Below are positions 55,523 to 64,000 of a DNA stretch of 64,000 bases, piece after piece. The stretch spans positions 128,001 to 192,000 of IMG/VR virus record IMGVR_UViG_3300009031_000368; one strand, given 5' to 3'. Within the stretch, counting starts at the first letter, position 1. The number at the start of each line of letters is the position of its first letter. The notes below the pieces were generated by a model. It did not search any database and was not told the DNA's origin. It saw only the letters and a program-made list of their open reading frames with translations. The stretch is from a virus. Lineage: Duplodnaviria; Caudoviricetes. The position numbers and the translations under genes were made by a program.

Positions 55523-55919
55523 TTAATGCCTCCAAGGAATGTCTCATCCATACCAGTTGTGAAATCGATTTCGGCTCGCCGGGATATATGGCGTTATATC
55601 GATCGCGCACCATTACCCACTCTGTTGCGAAACTAGGTGGTATGATTAACGACATGTATTTCATATTGGCCCAATTGTATCCATGACGTCTGACTAAAAA
55701 TCTGTAACGTCGGATGTATTGTGATGCCGTCTGGCAACAACATTCTACATCGGTTGACACCATTAAATAGATATCTTTCCAATAACGTCTATCTCGTTTT
55801 AGCCAATCGATCGATTGCCTGTTGTTCAATAACCATTGCTGTAACCGCCGTTCCCGGTCATCGTAACTTGCCTGGCATTCCAAAACAAGACATCTAATGG
55901 TCCATTGGTTGGTAGTCAT
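55515..55919 (-). CDS. hypothetical protein
   Basis: 134-aa ORF. Confidence 0.55.
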   Translation of the reverse strand: MTTNQWTIRCLVLECQASYDDRERRLQQWLLNNRQSIDWLKRDRRYWKDIYLMVSTDVECCCQTASQYIRRYRFLVRRHGYNWANMKYMSLIIPPSFATEWVMVRDRYNAIYPGEPKSISQLVWMRHSLEALNV

Positions 55920-55924
55920 TTCAT

Positions 55925-56200
55925 CTACTCATCAAACATTTCAACGTTTTTTATCCACTCGATTCCAGCTTCATAAATGTCAAAATATGTTTCAACATAT
56001 GGCTCCCTTGTCCGCAATGTCGATCTCATAACATGTTTTGTTGATATCTCTGGTTGAACATCAACAAGTATTGTATGAAAACATCCCTTGCTAAAATTAG
56101 GACATACCCAATAGTAACGACCGTCACGCTGATTTAACTTTTGCGTCATACAGGCACGGCACTTGAAGCATATATGATCTCGATTTGTAGTTTTACTCAC
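55925..56200 (-). CDS. zinc-ribbon protein (topoisomerase C4/GRF-like)
   Basis: CFKC...M..K....G..YW.C.NF..GC; GTG start behind promoter. Confidence 0.55.
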   Translation of the reverse strand: MSKTTNRDHICFKCRACMTQKLNQRDGRYYWVCPNFSKGCFHTILVDVQPEISTKHVMRSTLRTREPYVETYFDIYEAGIEWIKNVEMFDE

Positions 56201-56243
56201 ATTTTCCGTCACTGCTGGAATTGTTACAATACAATTAAACGGT

Positions 56244-56272
56244 ATTATATCACAGACAACCTGAATTGACAA
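56244..56272 (-). promoter_or_regulatory. sigma70-type promoter heading the Ycf46 unit
   Basis: TTGTCA-N17-TATAAT with extended TG. Confidence 0.8.
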
Positions 56273-56292
56273 ACACTCACGGGAGTATGTTT

Positions 56293-56496
56293 ATGCTGAA
56301 AACCAGAAAAGAATTGTTAAATGCAATGGATCGAGTCCAGAAAGAGTATGACGTACCATTAATGATGTCACACATCTGGCTTTTGGTCGTATGCCTGATT
56401 GTTTCGTGTGGATTGATTTTTCTTGTGCTGGGTGGTAAAACAACCACTTCAAATCACGATTATGCCCCAAAACCCGACTATTGTGCAACCAATTAA
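56293..56496 (+). CDS. small single-TM protein
   Basis: GGGAG RBS; IWLLVVCLIVSCGLIFLVLGG. Confidence 0.6.
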   Translation: MLKTRKELLNAMDRVQKEYDVPLMMSHIWLLVVCLIVSCGLIFLVLGGKTTTSNHDYAPKPDYCATN

Positions 56497-59400
56497 TGTT
56501 TTCGTTTAGTAGATAGGAAACTCAAACAAAGCTGTAGGTTACTGTTGGTCTTAGCCGGCCTTCTTTTAACAAGTTGTTGTTCCAACGGATGGCAAGCTTC
56601 TATTGTCTTTTCTACTCCCGGCTCTAACTCGATAACTGTTGCCGGTTCATCGATTTGATAAAACACATTATCCTGAAGAGTATTGATCGTTGCATCGTCC
56701 GGATAATTTTCCACATCATCTTCAGTAAATTCAAATCCGTCAATATCTTCTACACCGCTAAGTTCTCCATTGATTGCCGCCAGTTCTCTCTTAACTTTGC
56801 GGTATTTGGCCATATGGTCCCACGGTTTACCAAGTTCTACCTTGATTGATTGTAACCGTACCGTTGACCGCGTGATGGAATCCGCAATTGATTGCATGTT
56901 CCCATCTAGAGATCTCAATTGATAATCGACACTCTGAATCGTTCCAATATCCGAATCCATTACTCCAGCTTTAAGTTGCGGACATCCATCACCGGTTATG
57001 ATGATTGAAGGCGGACTTAACGTATAGGTATGGCTAACATTATATCTTACATGCAGGTTGAATCCACGATACATTCCTATCTGGTAATCAAACATTCCCA
57101 CCTGTTTCTGGCTGACGATTTTTGACTTAGCAAGATTAACAAGTGTATTGATTCTTATGCATGCATCTTTTCTTTCGACGAACGGATCATATTCAACACT
57201 ACCTGTAGGCTTTAACAATTTGATTGAAAATTTATCCGTCGTGTTCTTATCGCGCACCGAGACAGCATGCTTTATTTCAGACAATTCCGTCTGGCATGAT
57301 TCAATAAAGCCAGGTAATGTCTTTTCCTCCCGCAACATCGAATATCTGGAATTGCGCCATGCGGTATACAGCTTATCAAGCTTTACCGATTCAACATCCA
57401 GCGCAACCTTTTTCATAATCCTTGGATCGCCGCTCGCAATCGCCTTAACCTGCGCGGCATTTAGAATCATATCGCCGACATCTTCAGCAGCCCTGATAGT
57501 TACGCTGCCTTGCATAATTTGTGAAATGAAGCGAGCCTTTGCTTCCAACAACTGCCACATGAACGCGCATGCTTTTGTCACGTATACGAATTTTAAAACC
57601 TCATTCAAGCCCCTATCCGATATGACTTCATTACCCTGTCGCAGCGCTCTTCCATCACACTGTTCAATATCGGTAGGCCGCCAAGGTGGAGTCAAATAAT
57701 GCAATGCGATAAGTCTTTTTTGCACATTCATTCCAACACCTTTTGATGTCGGAAGAATCATAATCCTAACGTCTCCTTCATTGAATTGACGGAACAATGC
57801 TTCCTTTCTGGCCGGAGTATTGTAGTCGTGGATAAATACAACGTGTTCCGATGGGATGCCGGCTCGAATCAGCTTTCGCTTAATGTCATAATACACGCCA
57901 TCCCTTATGAATAACTCTTCTTCCGTCAACACCTCACCGGATGGCTCTTCATCCAGGTTTATTTTTGATTTCGGAGTAGACAGGTCACAGAAGACAAGCT
58001 GCGTATAGCGCTTTTCGTCATATCGCCTATATACCTTAACGATTTGTTCAACCGCTTTGTTGATTTTATTGCCAGGATTTTCGCCAAGCGAAGGCTTTAC
58101 CAGCCTGACATCAAGTGCGGCCTTTCTTAGGTCGGTAGTGATCTTCAGGAAGTTGTCTTGTGTCGGATCTACCAGTTTATCCTTAATGTCATCGGCTCGT
58201 TGTGCAAACCATGACAGCAGTTCATTCAATTCGCCAGTATCTTCAACCTTTATAACGATGGGTTTATCACCATAAACGGTTGGTTCATTAAGCTTGAGTT
58301 GTTCCTTTGTTTTAACGTTCCATACTTGCCTGAGAATATGAACCAACTCTGGCAGGTTAAAGAATTTAGCCAAACGTTGCACCACTTCCCACTTTCCAGT
58401 AACCTTCATTTCGATGCTGGATACAACACTGGCGAAACATTTTACCCATGAATCAAATGTCTCTAGTCCGAGCTTCTTCAATAGATCAAATTGAAGATAC
58501 TTCATGACGGTGTAGATTTCGGCCATCGTATTTGCAATCGGCGTCGCGGTGGCAAAGAATACCCGCCCACCTGTTTTAAGCAGATATTGTGTCTTGATAA
58601 ACATATCAAAGGCACGATCCGATTCTGTCATCGATAGGCCGGCGATATTGCTCATATTGGATTCAAATCCCAAGTTTTTATGCTCATGGGATTCATCATT
58701 TACAATGACATCAATACCAAGGTCTTCAAAACACGGCATCATGTTGGCATTATCACGCTTAATGTCTGACTGCTTGTTCTTTAGCTTTACCTCTAATCGC
58801 TTAATCTTTTTTTCAATGCGCTTGGATGTGATTTTATCGATTTCACTGGTGCGGCTCCGGCTACGGTATCCAGACTTTGATTGCTCCTGTACCTCCGTCA
58901 ATTGTTTACGTAATGCATCGATCCGCTCATCAACATATCCGATAAATGTTTCATCCTTTAGTGGAATCATTTTCCATGCGGTGTGCGTAAAAATAGCTAT
59001 CACATTTTTACTGGTCGCGATACGGCTCAAGAATTCCGCCCGTTTATCCGGACTGAAGTTTACCTTGTCGGCAACCATCACGGGAATACCGGGATAAAGC
59101 TGCCGTACATACTCGCCCCACTGTTCCACAATATTGTTAGGAACCGTAATCGCACACTTCCTGGCCAACCCTAATCGAAGTAATTCGGCGCAAGTTATTG
59201 ATATTGAAGCGGTTTTGCCACTTCCAACTGAGTGCGCCAACATCATCGTTTTACTTTGCAAGCCTTGCCAAGCGGCATCTAGTTGATGAGGATATGGCGC
59301 AAGTTCAACGGTGTTGTTGGTAAATGGCAGGTATCGGCTAATTCCTGGAAGCGTTAGGTGACTTCCATCATATTCGCGCTCTCTGAACACATTATATGTT

Positions 59401-61631
59401 TCGTTGTAAATACTGACCAGCAATTCACTTCTACCGGCATCCTGCCAAATCCATTCAGTAAACTTGTCATGAATGTCTTGCAGCTTAGACTGCGCCAGCA
59501 GTGTCTCTTCTGAATTTGGAACGGACCTTCTATTGCCGTATTCATCTTCAACAACATCATAGACGGTCGGATTCCTAACGTTTAGCGCGTCTTCGATTAA
59601 ATCTAGTGCAGTCTTTCTGGATGTTCCCCACGTTTTGGTATTTTCAATCGAATAGTAGGATTGTTCCTGTGTGACGATCCATTCTGGTATCGACGGAATA
59701 AATCTGACATTGCCACAATACGATGGAATCAGCTCCTTTACGAAATCAGATATGTATTGTTCTGGAATCCAATTGGCTCCAAGTCTAACATGGATTTCGC
59801 CAGGGCCAACCGGTTCTGGCATAACTGAGGCCAGTGATTCAACGTTATAATTGAAACATTCATCCAGAACAGCTGCCGCTCTCGCCGCATTAAGCTTTTC
59901 AAGAATATTGCCAGACAGGTATTCATCGGCGGTAACATATTGTCGCTGCGGAGTAACGTATACGATGCCTTTCAGTGCTGACAATACATCGTCTATTGGT
60001 TTACACGTTGTTTCACATATCCAATCCATGTCAAGCCGGCCAAATCGATCCAGACAAGTCAACATTGCATGACGTGGTTCCGTTATCTGCTGAACTGATT
60101 CAACTTTTCTGACCGTATCCTCGTAAAAGATTGCCGCCTTGCTGCCGTCGTTATTTTCCAACGACTTGAGAAAAGGAGCCAGGCAGGTAACATCGATATC
60201 GCCACATCCTTTTAACTCAGATTGATTCTTTTTTGTTGAAATAAGACCATAACGGATGACAAATTCATCATAGAGACCGGACAATTCTGTTCTTAATCTG
60301 GCCGATTCCTCAGCTTCTCTTGTCCCTATAAGCGCTCTTGCCGTTTTGCTGATGTCGATCAATCTTTCAACACAATCATTAAACTGCTTTTTCTCTACAT
60401 TGGATTCACATTCAATAATGTGGCCTACAATCTCTTGACGCTCAACGATAATAACATCATGTGGTAATGTTTTTTTGATAGCATCCATCAATTGCTGTTC
60501 AAGAACAGCTCCTTGAATTGGTGTTACCGTATATTCGTTACTGCTATACATGCCTCGCGCGGTGGTGTGATTGCCTAATACGTTTTGCGGATTGTCACGA
60601 TAGTATTCGTTTACATACTGTGGGGTTTGGTATTGCCATCTGTCGTATGTATTGTTGTATTGTAATCCCTTGTTTAGGTTTATTTCAGGCGTATCGATCC
60701 AAACATGTCCTTCAACGATGCCAGGGAACCGCTTTTGCAGAAACAATATATCGGTTACCACACTGGTACCGGCATTCTTTTCAAATGCGTCATTGGGTAG
60801 CCTGAATGCGCCATGAAGCACACACTGTTCTGAAATATATTGCCTAGTTCGTTTATCGGTCGCGTCCATCGTATAATGCGATGTAATGACGACAATAAAT
60901 CCGCCAGGTGCCGTAAGGTTGATACTGTTGACGATATAGTAATTGTGTAGGTTCTTTTTAAGATGTTTGTCCTTAATGGTAGGATCATGGACATTTACAT
61001 CAGCAAACGGCACATTGGTAATGACGAGATCAAAGTAATTACTGTATGTATTGGTCTTTGTGTGATCGGTTCCATACTTACCGAATGTCTCAAATGCTTG
61101 ATTGAATACTTTGACATCACCATACAGATATTGAGTGATACCTGCCGCTATTGGTTCAAGATCAATGGCCGCTTTTATTCCACCGGTGTAAAGAGATTCC
61201 GGCATTGTGCCAAAAAAGTGACCGACGCCACATGCTGGTTCAAGATACCTTGCGCAATTGATTGCACCGATTCCAAGCTGTTCAGCACCAGCCCACATTG
61301 CCTTAATGACACCAATCGCCGTATAATGGGCATTGATGGAACTTCCGCGAAGCAGATTTATTTCTTCATCGGTGAGAAGTTCTTTAACTTCATCTATCGG
61401 CTGGCCCCATGTCGCGTATCCGCCATAGGTTGATTTGGGATACATTCTGTTGAATACCTGGGTATCGCCCCAACCGCAATACTTCAACAACGTTTGACGT
61501 TCCGATTCCGAAATATCGCCAAACGGACGACCTGTTTGCTGAAGCGTTTTGAGTAGTTTTGTTGCTTCCAGGTTGTTGATAAATTTTGTTGCGGCACCGC
61601 CAAGCTCAAGTTCTGTTTCAATCATCATCAA
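56493..61631 (-). CDS. DarB-like N6-adenine methyltransferase-SNF2 helicase fusion
   Basis: NAHYT, LEPACGVGHF, VITNVPF, AFRLPN.AF; LAHSVGSGKT, DESH, FATATPI.N, PWRP.DIEQ..GR..RQGN. Confidence 0.9.
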   Translation of the reverse strand: MMMIETELELGGAATKFINNLEATKLLKTLQQTGRPFGDISESERQTLLKYCGWGDTQVFNRMYPKSTYGGYATWGQPIDEVKELLTDEEINLLRGSSINAHYTAIGVIKAMWAGAEQLGIGAINCARYLEPACGVGHFFGTMPESLYTGGIKAAIDLEPIAAGITQYLYGDVKVFNQAFETFGKYGTDHTKTNTYSNYFDLVITNVPFADVNVHDPTIKDKHLKKNLHNYYIVNSINLTAPGGFIVVITSHYTMDATDKRTRQYISEQCVLHGAFRLPNDAFEKNAGTSVVTDILFLQKRFPGIVEGHVWIDTPEINLNKGLQYNNTYDRWQYQTPQYVNEYYRDNPQNVLGNHTTARGMYSSNEYTVTPIQGAVLEQQLMDAIKKTLPHDVIIVERQEIVGHIIECESNVEKKQFNDCVERLIDISKTARALIGTREAEESARLRTELSGLYDEFVIRYGLISTKKNQSELKGCGDIDVTCLAPFLKSLENNDGSKAAIFYEDTVRKVESVQQITEPRHAMLTCLDRFGRLDMDWICETTCKPIDDVLSALKGIVYVTPQRQYVTADEYLSGNILEKLNAARAAAVLDECFNYNVESLASVMPEPVGPGEIHVRLGANWIPEQYISDFVKELIPSYCGNVRFIPSIPEWIVTQEQSYYSIENTKTWGTSRKTALDLIEDALNVRNPTVYDVVEDEYGNRRSVPNSEETLLAQSKLQDIHDKFTEWIWQDAGRSELLVSIYNETYNVFREREYDGSHLTLPGISRYLPFTNNTVELAPYPHQLDAAWQGLQSKTMMLAHSVGSGKTASISITCAELLRLGLARKCAITVPNNIVEQWGEYVRQLYPGIPVMVADKVNFSPDKRAEFLSRIATSKNVIAIFTHTAWKMIPLKDETFIGYVDERIDALRKQLTEVQEQSKSGYRSRSRTSEIDKITSKRIEKKIKRLEVKLKNKQSDIKRDNANMMPCFEDLGIDVIVNDESHEHKNLGFESNMSNIAGLSMTESDRAFDMFIKTQYLLKTGGRVFFATATPIANTMAEIYTVMKYLQFDLLKKLGLETFDSWVKCFASVVSSIEMKVTGKWEVVQRLAKFFNLPELVHILRQVWNVKTKEQLKLNEPTVYGDKPIVIKVEDTGELNELLSWFAQRADDIKDKLVDPTQDNFLKITTDLRKAALDVRLVKPSLGENPGNKINKAVEQIVKVYRRYDEKRYTQLVFCDLSTPKSKINLDEEPSGEVLTEEELFIRDGVYYDIKRKLIRAGIPSEHVVFIHDYNTPARKEALFRQFNEGDVRIMILPTSKGVGMNVQKRLIALHYLTPPWRPTDIEQCDGRALRQGNEVISDRGLNEVLKFVYVTKACAFMWQLLEAKARFISQIMQGSVTIRAAEDVGDMILNAAQVKAIASGDPRIMKKVALDVESVKLDKLYTAWRNSRYSMLREEKTLPGFIESCQTELSEIKHAVSVRDKNTTDKFSIKLLKPTGSVEYDPFVERKDACIRINTLVNLAKSKIVSQKQVGMFDYQIGMYRGFNLHVRYNVSHTYTLSPPSIIITGDGCPQLKAGVMDSDIGTIQSVDYQLRSLDGNMQSIADSITRSTVRLQSIKVELGKPWDHMAKYRKVKRELAAINGELSGVEDIDGFEFTEDDVENYPDDATINTLQDNVFYQIDEPATVIELEPGVEKTIEACHPLEQQLVKRRPAKTNSNLQLCLSFLSTKRKH

Positions 61632-61876
61632 TATCCATTATCAGCTAAAAACTGAATCGCTTCCCGTGGAGACCTGCAATCTGCCGCAAGGTTGTTTTGA
61701 AGAAACAAGTAGCCACCAACAGATGTCAAATATACATCAAACCACATGTTGTTGTCAACCACATAATGTATCACACTGATGGTTTGAAACACATTAAATG
61801 GAGAAACCCGTTCAATATGACCGACTGAAAGCCGGGTGTCGCCAAAATAATCCCAAATGGCATCAACGAGAGTCAT
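61628..61876 (-). CDS. hypothetical protein
   Basis: 82-aa ORF coupled to the helicase gene. Confidence 0.55.
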   Translation of the reverse strand: MTLVDAIWDYFGDTRLSVGHIERVSPFNVFQTISVIHYVVDNNMWFDVYLTSVGGYLFLQNNLAADCRSPREAIQFLADNGY

Positions 61877-62090
61877 CTTATCACCACTGCAAAATTCCAG
61901 TATGGCTGGAAATCAATTACAAGAAAAATTAAAATTCTTAGTCGCGAAATGATATCACGATTCACAGGATTTGCATATCATATTTATTGACATGATACAT
62001 CTTATATCACATTGAGTGATTTGTATCAATAGATGGATTGGGCACCAACTATTGATTCGGTTTTGCCCAAATAATTGAAAGGTAATTGTT

Positions 62091-62510
62091 ATGGCTAAAA
62101 CTTCTTTTAGCGCTTCTGGACACCTTGCTCAGAGTGCTGACGCTGATCCGAAGGGATCAGGGACTGCTGGTGAAACACTGGCTGTTGGCAATGTCGTGTA
62201 TCTCAAGGCTGCTGACAGCAAGCTTTGGAAGTACGCGGCTTCTGCTGAAGCCACTTGTGCCGGCATCGTTGGCGTGATTACCACTGGCGGTGACGCTGAT
62301 GCTTCTGTCGAGTTCGCACAGAGCGGTGACTCTGCAACCGGTCTTTCCGGCCTAACTGCTGGTACCGAGTACTGGGCAAAGTCGGATGGTAGCCTTGCTG
62401 CCTTCTCCGGCGTGGTGGCGGCAGAGTATACTCGTCCTATCGGCGTGGCTACCAGCACCACTGCACTTCAGTGCCAGATCGGTGATGTGATCCAAAAGCC
62501 GGCCGCGTAA
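62091..62510 (+). CDS. probable capsid cement/decoration protein (DUF2190-like fold)
   Basis: AGETLAVG.VVY, G.VG.....G, GL.AG..YW....G.L, IGVA.S; GCT/GGT-rich codons suggesting high expression. Confidence 0.6.
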   Translation: MAKTSFSASGHLAQSADADPKGSGTAGETLAVGNVVYLKAADSKLWKYAASAEATCAGIVGVITTGGDADASVEFAQSGDSATGLSGLTAGTEYWAKSDGSLAAFSGVVAAEYTRPIGVATSTTALQCQIGDVIQKPAA

Positions 62511-62517
62511 TCTACTT

Positions 62518-62547
62518 CTGATGGAGATATTGATTTATCACCATCAG
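62518..62547 (+). other. intergenic RNA stem-loop
   Basis: CTGATGG-A-GATA-N6-TATC-A-CCATCAG; no U-tract. Confidence 0.55.
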
Positions 62548-62588
62548 ACCATTTCCACTTAAGATAAAACATATCATCATGGTAGCAT

Positions 62589-63005
62589 ATGCCAATTCCA
62601 AAGAAATTCGATAGATTGTCCAATCGCGTATCGGTTAATACCATTGTTGAAACGGAATATATAGCTGGGGAATCTATTTCGGACAGATCTATTGTATCCA
62701 TATCGACTGATGGCACACTGATGGTCTCTGATTCAACAAGTGAGCAATCAATTGCACGTATCATTGGCATGTCGGATGGACAATATGTTGCCGGTGAATA
62801 CGTTAATTTGATCATGCCGGGACAAATCGTGATCGTTGATAACGATGAAGTAAGCCCCGGCGACGAATTATGGTGTTTAAATGGCATAATGACGGCATAC
62901 GATTCCATTGATGATGAATTGTGGACACGTATCGTCGGAGTGGTCGTTAAGTCTGGAAAAATGTTTTTTCAGCTTGGTCCAGTGCAACGAAAAGGAACTG
63001 ATTGA
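62589..63005 (+). CDS. second cement/decoration-like protein (paralog of 62091-62510)
   Basis: AGESIS...IV.I...G, IIG, PG..LW...G, IVGVV. Confidence 0.55.
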   Translation: MPIPKKFDRLSNRVSVNTIVETEYIAGESISDRSIVSISTDGTLMVSDSTSEQSIARIIGMSDGQYVAGEYVNLIMPGQIVIVDNDEVSPGDELWCLNGIMTAYDSIDDELWTRIVGVVVKSGKMFFQLGPVQRKGTD

Positions 63006-63331
63006 TGAGAGAAGTTAAGATTATTACCTATGGTGCAACAACATCGGTTCCAACATCCAGTATTGACGGTTGGGGCATTGCCAATTCAAAGTATCTGATG
63101 ATCGGCGTCACTGCTACGGACAGCGTAAGCTATCGGGTCTGGCTTAAGATCAACGATACCTGGTTTCCCGATAACGACAATACGCCAAACGGTATATCGA
63201 CAGTAACGGTTGAGAATACTGAAACTGGCAAAGAAATAGATGTAAGAGAAGTTAATGGATTTGAAACCATGACGATCGAAATTACCGAAATAACTGGAAC
63301 CGCCACTTTTGATATAGCCACTTCAAAATAA
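63002..63331 (+). CDS. possible virion protein
   Basis: 109-aa Thr-rich, beta-strand-like ORF. Confidence 0.5.
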   Translation: MMREVKIITYGATTSVPTSSIDGWGIANSKYLMIGVTATDSVSYRVWLKINDTWFPDNDNTPNGISTVTVENTETGKEIDVREVNGFETMTIEITEITGTATFDIATSK

Positions 63332-63350
63332 ACGCTTACATGGATTTAAC

Positions 63351-64000
63351 ATGAAAATATATCAATCATTATTAATGTCTGTTATGACTATGTGTATGAT
63401 ACCATCATGCACGACTGGTAAAGGATTGTTAAATGTCAGCTCATCTGGACATACCATGTCTGCAAGTTTCGCAACTGAAACAGAACAAACATCCGGGGCA
63501 AGCACAGACCTTATTGTGATAGAAACATCAGGAGGACTGAAACGTAAAGTTAAACTTGGTAACGTTGCAACCATGATTGGTTCAAGCCCAAGTTCTTCCG
63601 GAGCCGGTGTAGTGACATGGTCAAGTGCTCAGACACTTATTGCAAACGCCACATATGAATTGACACATCCTCCTGTTACATCAGGAAGACACCATCCTAT
63701 AGCCATTCTTCCGCAGCCGACATTACAGGCCAGCTTATTGCATTTTAATAGCGATATAACAGACAGTTCACCATCAGCAAGAACGTGGACACTTAGAGGA
63801 GATGCGCTGACACATCCGCCACAACAATTTGGTAACGGTGCCACATTTAATGGTTCGAATACTATAGATACTCCATCATTCTCTATCGTTGGGGGCGATT
63901 TTACCATTGAAGGATGGGTCGTTGTGACATCAATGCCAGATGCAAACGGAACCATATATGGGCTTGTATGTCAAGATGAAGGGGCAGGCGTAACAAACAA
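63351..64000 (+). CDS. LamG/concanavalin-A-like domain protein (tail fibre/adhesin-like), partial
   Basis: open from ATG 63351 to edge; SLLHFN..DSS, FG.G..FNG, GDFTIEGWV. Confidence 0.7.
   Translation, partial: MKIYQSLLMSVMTMCMIPSCTTGKGLLNVSSSGHTMSASFATETEQTSGASTDLIVIETSGGLKRKVKLGNVATMIGSSPSSSGAGVVTWSSAQTLIANATYELTHPPVTSGRHHPIAILPQPTLQASLLHFNSDITDSSPSARTWTLRGDALTHPPQQFGNGATFNGSNTIDTPSFSIVGGDFTIEGWVVVTSMPDANGTIYGLVCQDEGAGVTN

Noticed and set aside
54454-59097. Long + strand ORFs (e.g. 54454-55041, 57148-57699, 58549-59097) and similar shadows elsewhere
   Set aside because: Antisense to well-supported genes, no RBS or motifs; typical shadow ORFs.
1-64000. Genome-wide TAG (or TGA) reassignment
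   Set aside because: The 1712-, 657-, 646- and 496-aa genes have no internal TAG/TGA. TAG ends many genes as part of TAGGAG RBSs and TGA forms ATGA couplings, so standard code 11 fits. Only two local amber cases remain.
1-64000. tRNA, rRNA or CRISPR array
   Set aside because: Intergenic gaps are short and no cloverleaf/T-loop context or regularly spaced repeats were seen by eye. A tRNAscan-SE/CRISPR scan would be the definitive check.

Overview
A 64-kb, very gene-dense segment of what is most likely a large (jumbo-type) dsDNA bacteriophage or phage-like element. About 110 CDSs, nearly all on the - strand, are tightly coupled by ATGA/TAATG overlaps and GGAG RBSs. They are organised in modules behind repeated strong sigma70-type promoters (AAAATTTCTC-TTGACA-N17-TAnnnT). 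Most genes are small hypothetical early/host-takeover proteins. Recognisable genes cover RNA/tRNA repair and translation (DRB0094-type RNA ligase, RlaP-like nucleotidyltransferase, CCA/HD enzyme, HAD, metallophosphoesterase, an editing-deficient alanyl-tRNA synthetase), nucleotide metabolism (class II RNR NrdJ, tandem-domain ThyX, NUDIX, SLOG), transcription (sigma70-family factor, alphaCTD/NusA-like repeat protein, receiver domain), host proteostasis (YccA/BI-1, SspB-like, PTP), a Ycf46 AAA-radical SAM-DUF2997-DUF1257 module and a 1712-aa DarB-like methylase-helicase. Probable virion genes lie on the + strand at 37.7-39.1 kb and from 62.1 kb. Several ORFs are interrupted (a -1 site on a canonical slippery heptamer, two +1 sites, a 4-bp duplication, two in-frame amber codons, a fusion remnant). 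No tRNA, rRNA, CRISPR array, transposase or integrase was found. All family calls are by-eye motif recognition, with no database search, and many starts were moved from the ORF track using RBS/overlap evidence.
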